NCBI RefSeq assembly: GCF_006345805.1
Contig: NC_042997.1
Coordinates: 30,752,001 to 30,816,000 of the forward strand
Reading direction: 5' to 3'
Source: Octopus sinensis
Lineage: Eukaryota
Length of the DNA: 64,000 bases
A program made the position numbers and the translations under genes. The notes under the pieces were generated by a model, which was given only the letters and a program-made list of their open reading frames with translations, searched no databases and was not told the origin of the DNA. Shown here one piece after another: positions 62,501 through 64,000 of this stretch; within the stretch, counting starts at the first letter, position 1; each line of letters opens with the position of its first letter.

Positions 62501-62874
62501 ATTTTCAGGAACCTCATGATAATGCAGAACCACTATATGCGGAACCAAAACCATTATTACCACGACAAAAAATTACACCAAGACTAAAAATTCCACCAGG
62601 ACTAAAAATTCCACCAGGACCAAATTCACCAGGATCAAATTCACCAGTGCCAAATTCGCCAGGACCAAATTCACCAGTGCCAAATTCACCAGGACCAAAT
62701 TCACCAGGACCAAAATCACCAGTACCAAAATCAGCTATACGATTTCCACCTGTCCCACCACCACCGCCACCACCACCACCATTGCCTCAAAACCACATTG
62801 CTTCAAAGACAGGACAGTTTCATTCTGTGAAAGAGCTGAAGCATTTCCCAGTACCAAATCTCAACAAGAGTTTG
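62501..62874 (+). CDS. Exon 12, proline-rich (DFQEPHDNAEPLYAEP...PNSPG repeats...FPPVPPPPPPPPPLP...NLNKSL)
   Basis: Lies in ORF 62266..62919. The first AG after the pyrimidine tract (62499-62500) gives the phase-1 entry required by exon 11. Donor TTG|GTAAGT. The gene presumably continues beyond the window. Confidence 0.85.
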
Positions 62875-63084
62875 GTAAGTCACTTATTATTACAGTTAGT
62901 TAAATGGTTGGTTAGTTAATGAATTAAGCAACAAGACATATAATGATGAAAATTTCTAGGTAATAAAGTGAAATATTGATACTCATGCACACACATGCCC
63001 AGGTATGTTCGTGTATAAGTATGTATATGTTTATGTGTGCATTGGGTGGGGTGGGGCTTATGGATTATTTGAAGTGGTGTACAA

Positions 63085-63498
63085 AGGAGTGGCTGTGTGG
63101 TAAGTAGCTTGCTTACCAACCACATGGTTCCGGGTTCAGTCCCACTGCGTGGCACCTTGGGCAAGTGTCTTCTGCTATAGCCTCGGGCCGACCAATGCCT
63201 TGTGAGTGGATTTGGTAGACGGAAACTGAAAGAAGCCTGTCGTATATATGTATATATATATATATATGTGTGTATGTGTGTGTGTTTGTGTATCTGTGTT
63301 TGTCCCCCTAGCATTACTTGACAACCGATGCTGGTGTGTTTATGTCCCCGTCACTTAGCGGTTCAGCAAAAGAGACCGATAGAATAAGTACTGGGCTTAC
63401 AAAAGAATAAGTCCCGGGGTCGAGTTGCTTGATTAAAGGCGGTGCTCCAGCATGGCCGCAGTCAAATGACTGAAACAAGTAAAAGAGAGTAAAAGAGT
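63085..63498 (+). mobile_element. SINE family A, full-length plus-strand copy
   Basis: Same consensus as above. Other plus copies: about 5908-6277, 12750-12920, 18001-18205, 18214-18372, 18527-18740, 20945-21135, 46000-46165, 46755-46980, 49635-50020, 55221-55385, 58575-58965, 59088-59250. Confidence 0.9.
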
Positions 63499-64000
63499 AT
63501 ACTAACTAAAATTTGGGATAATTATGTATTAGCGCATTTGTCTTCTTCACTTCTGAAACTTGTCAGATATTTTCAGAAAATTTTTTAAACGTACATACAT
63601 ACATGCATATGTGCATATGTATGTGTGTATATATATATATCATCATCATCATCGTTTAATGTCTGCTTTCCATGCTAGCATGGTTTGGATGATTTGACTG
63701 AGGGCTGGCGAACCAGATGGCTGCACCAGGCTCCCATCTAATCTGGCAGAGTTTCTACAGCTGGATGCCCTTCCTAACGCCTACCATTCTGAGAGCGTAG
63801 CGGGTGCTTTTACATGCCACCAGCACAAGGGCCAGTCAGGCGGTACTGGCAATGGCCAAGCTCAAATGGTGCTTGTTATGTGCCACCTGCACAGGAGCCA
63901 GTCTAGCGGCACTGGCAATGACCCTGCTTGAATGATTTTTTCACGTGCCAGTAAGGCAACACTGGTAATGATCACACTCGAATGGTACTTCTTACATGCC

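Overview
AT-rich animal genomic DNA. The SINE, microsatellite and Penelope landscape looks like an octopus (coleoid cephalopod) genome; this is inference, not a database result. One protein-coding gene runs on the + strand as 12 short exons between 4257 and 62874 and is open at both ends. The spliced peptide has a divergent PH-like domain, a canonical PH domain, a Ser/Pro linker, a 15-bp-repeat-encoded PxSP tract and a polyproline run. I cannot name it with confidence; a PH-domain-containing formin or an actin/signalling adaptor are the leading hypotheses. One exon junction (50225/51964) is out of frame by 1 nt. The introns are packed with at least five SINE families, two decayed mariner transposons, CR1/RTE/Jockey-like LINE relics, a non-autonomous Helitron, several MITEs and Penelope-like terminal fragments. 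The most notable non-coding signal is a set of type I hammerhead ribozyme motifs: three with the canonical core, one with a single-A insertion, and several variant or decayed copies. Three of the four best lie sense to the host pre-mRNA. Almost all ORFs in the supplied track are spurious translations of SINEs and microsatellites. Repeat coordinates are approximate to about 10-20 bp unless TIRs or TSDs are quoted.
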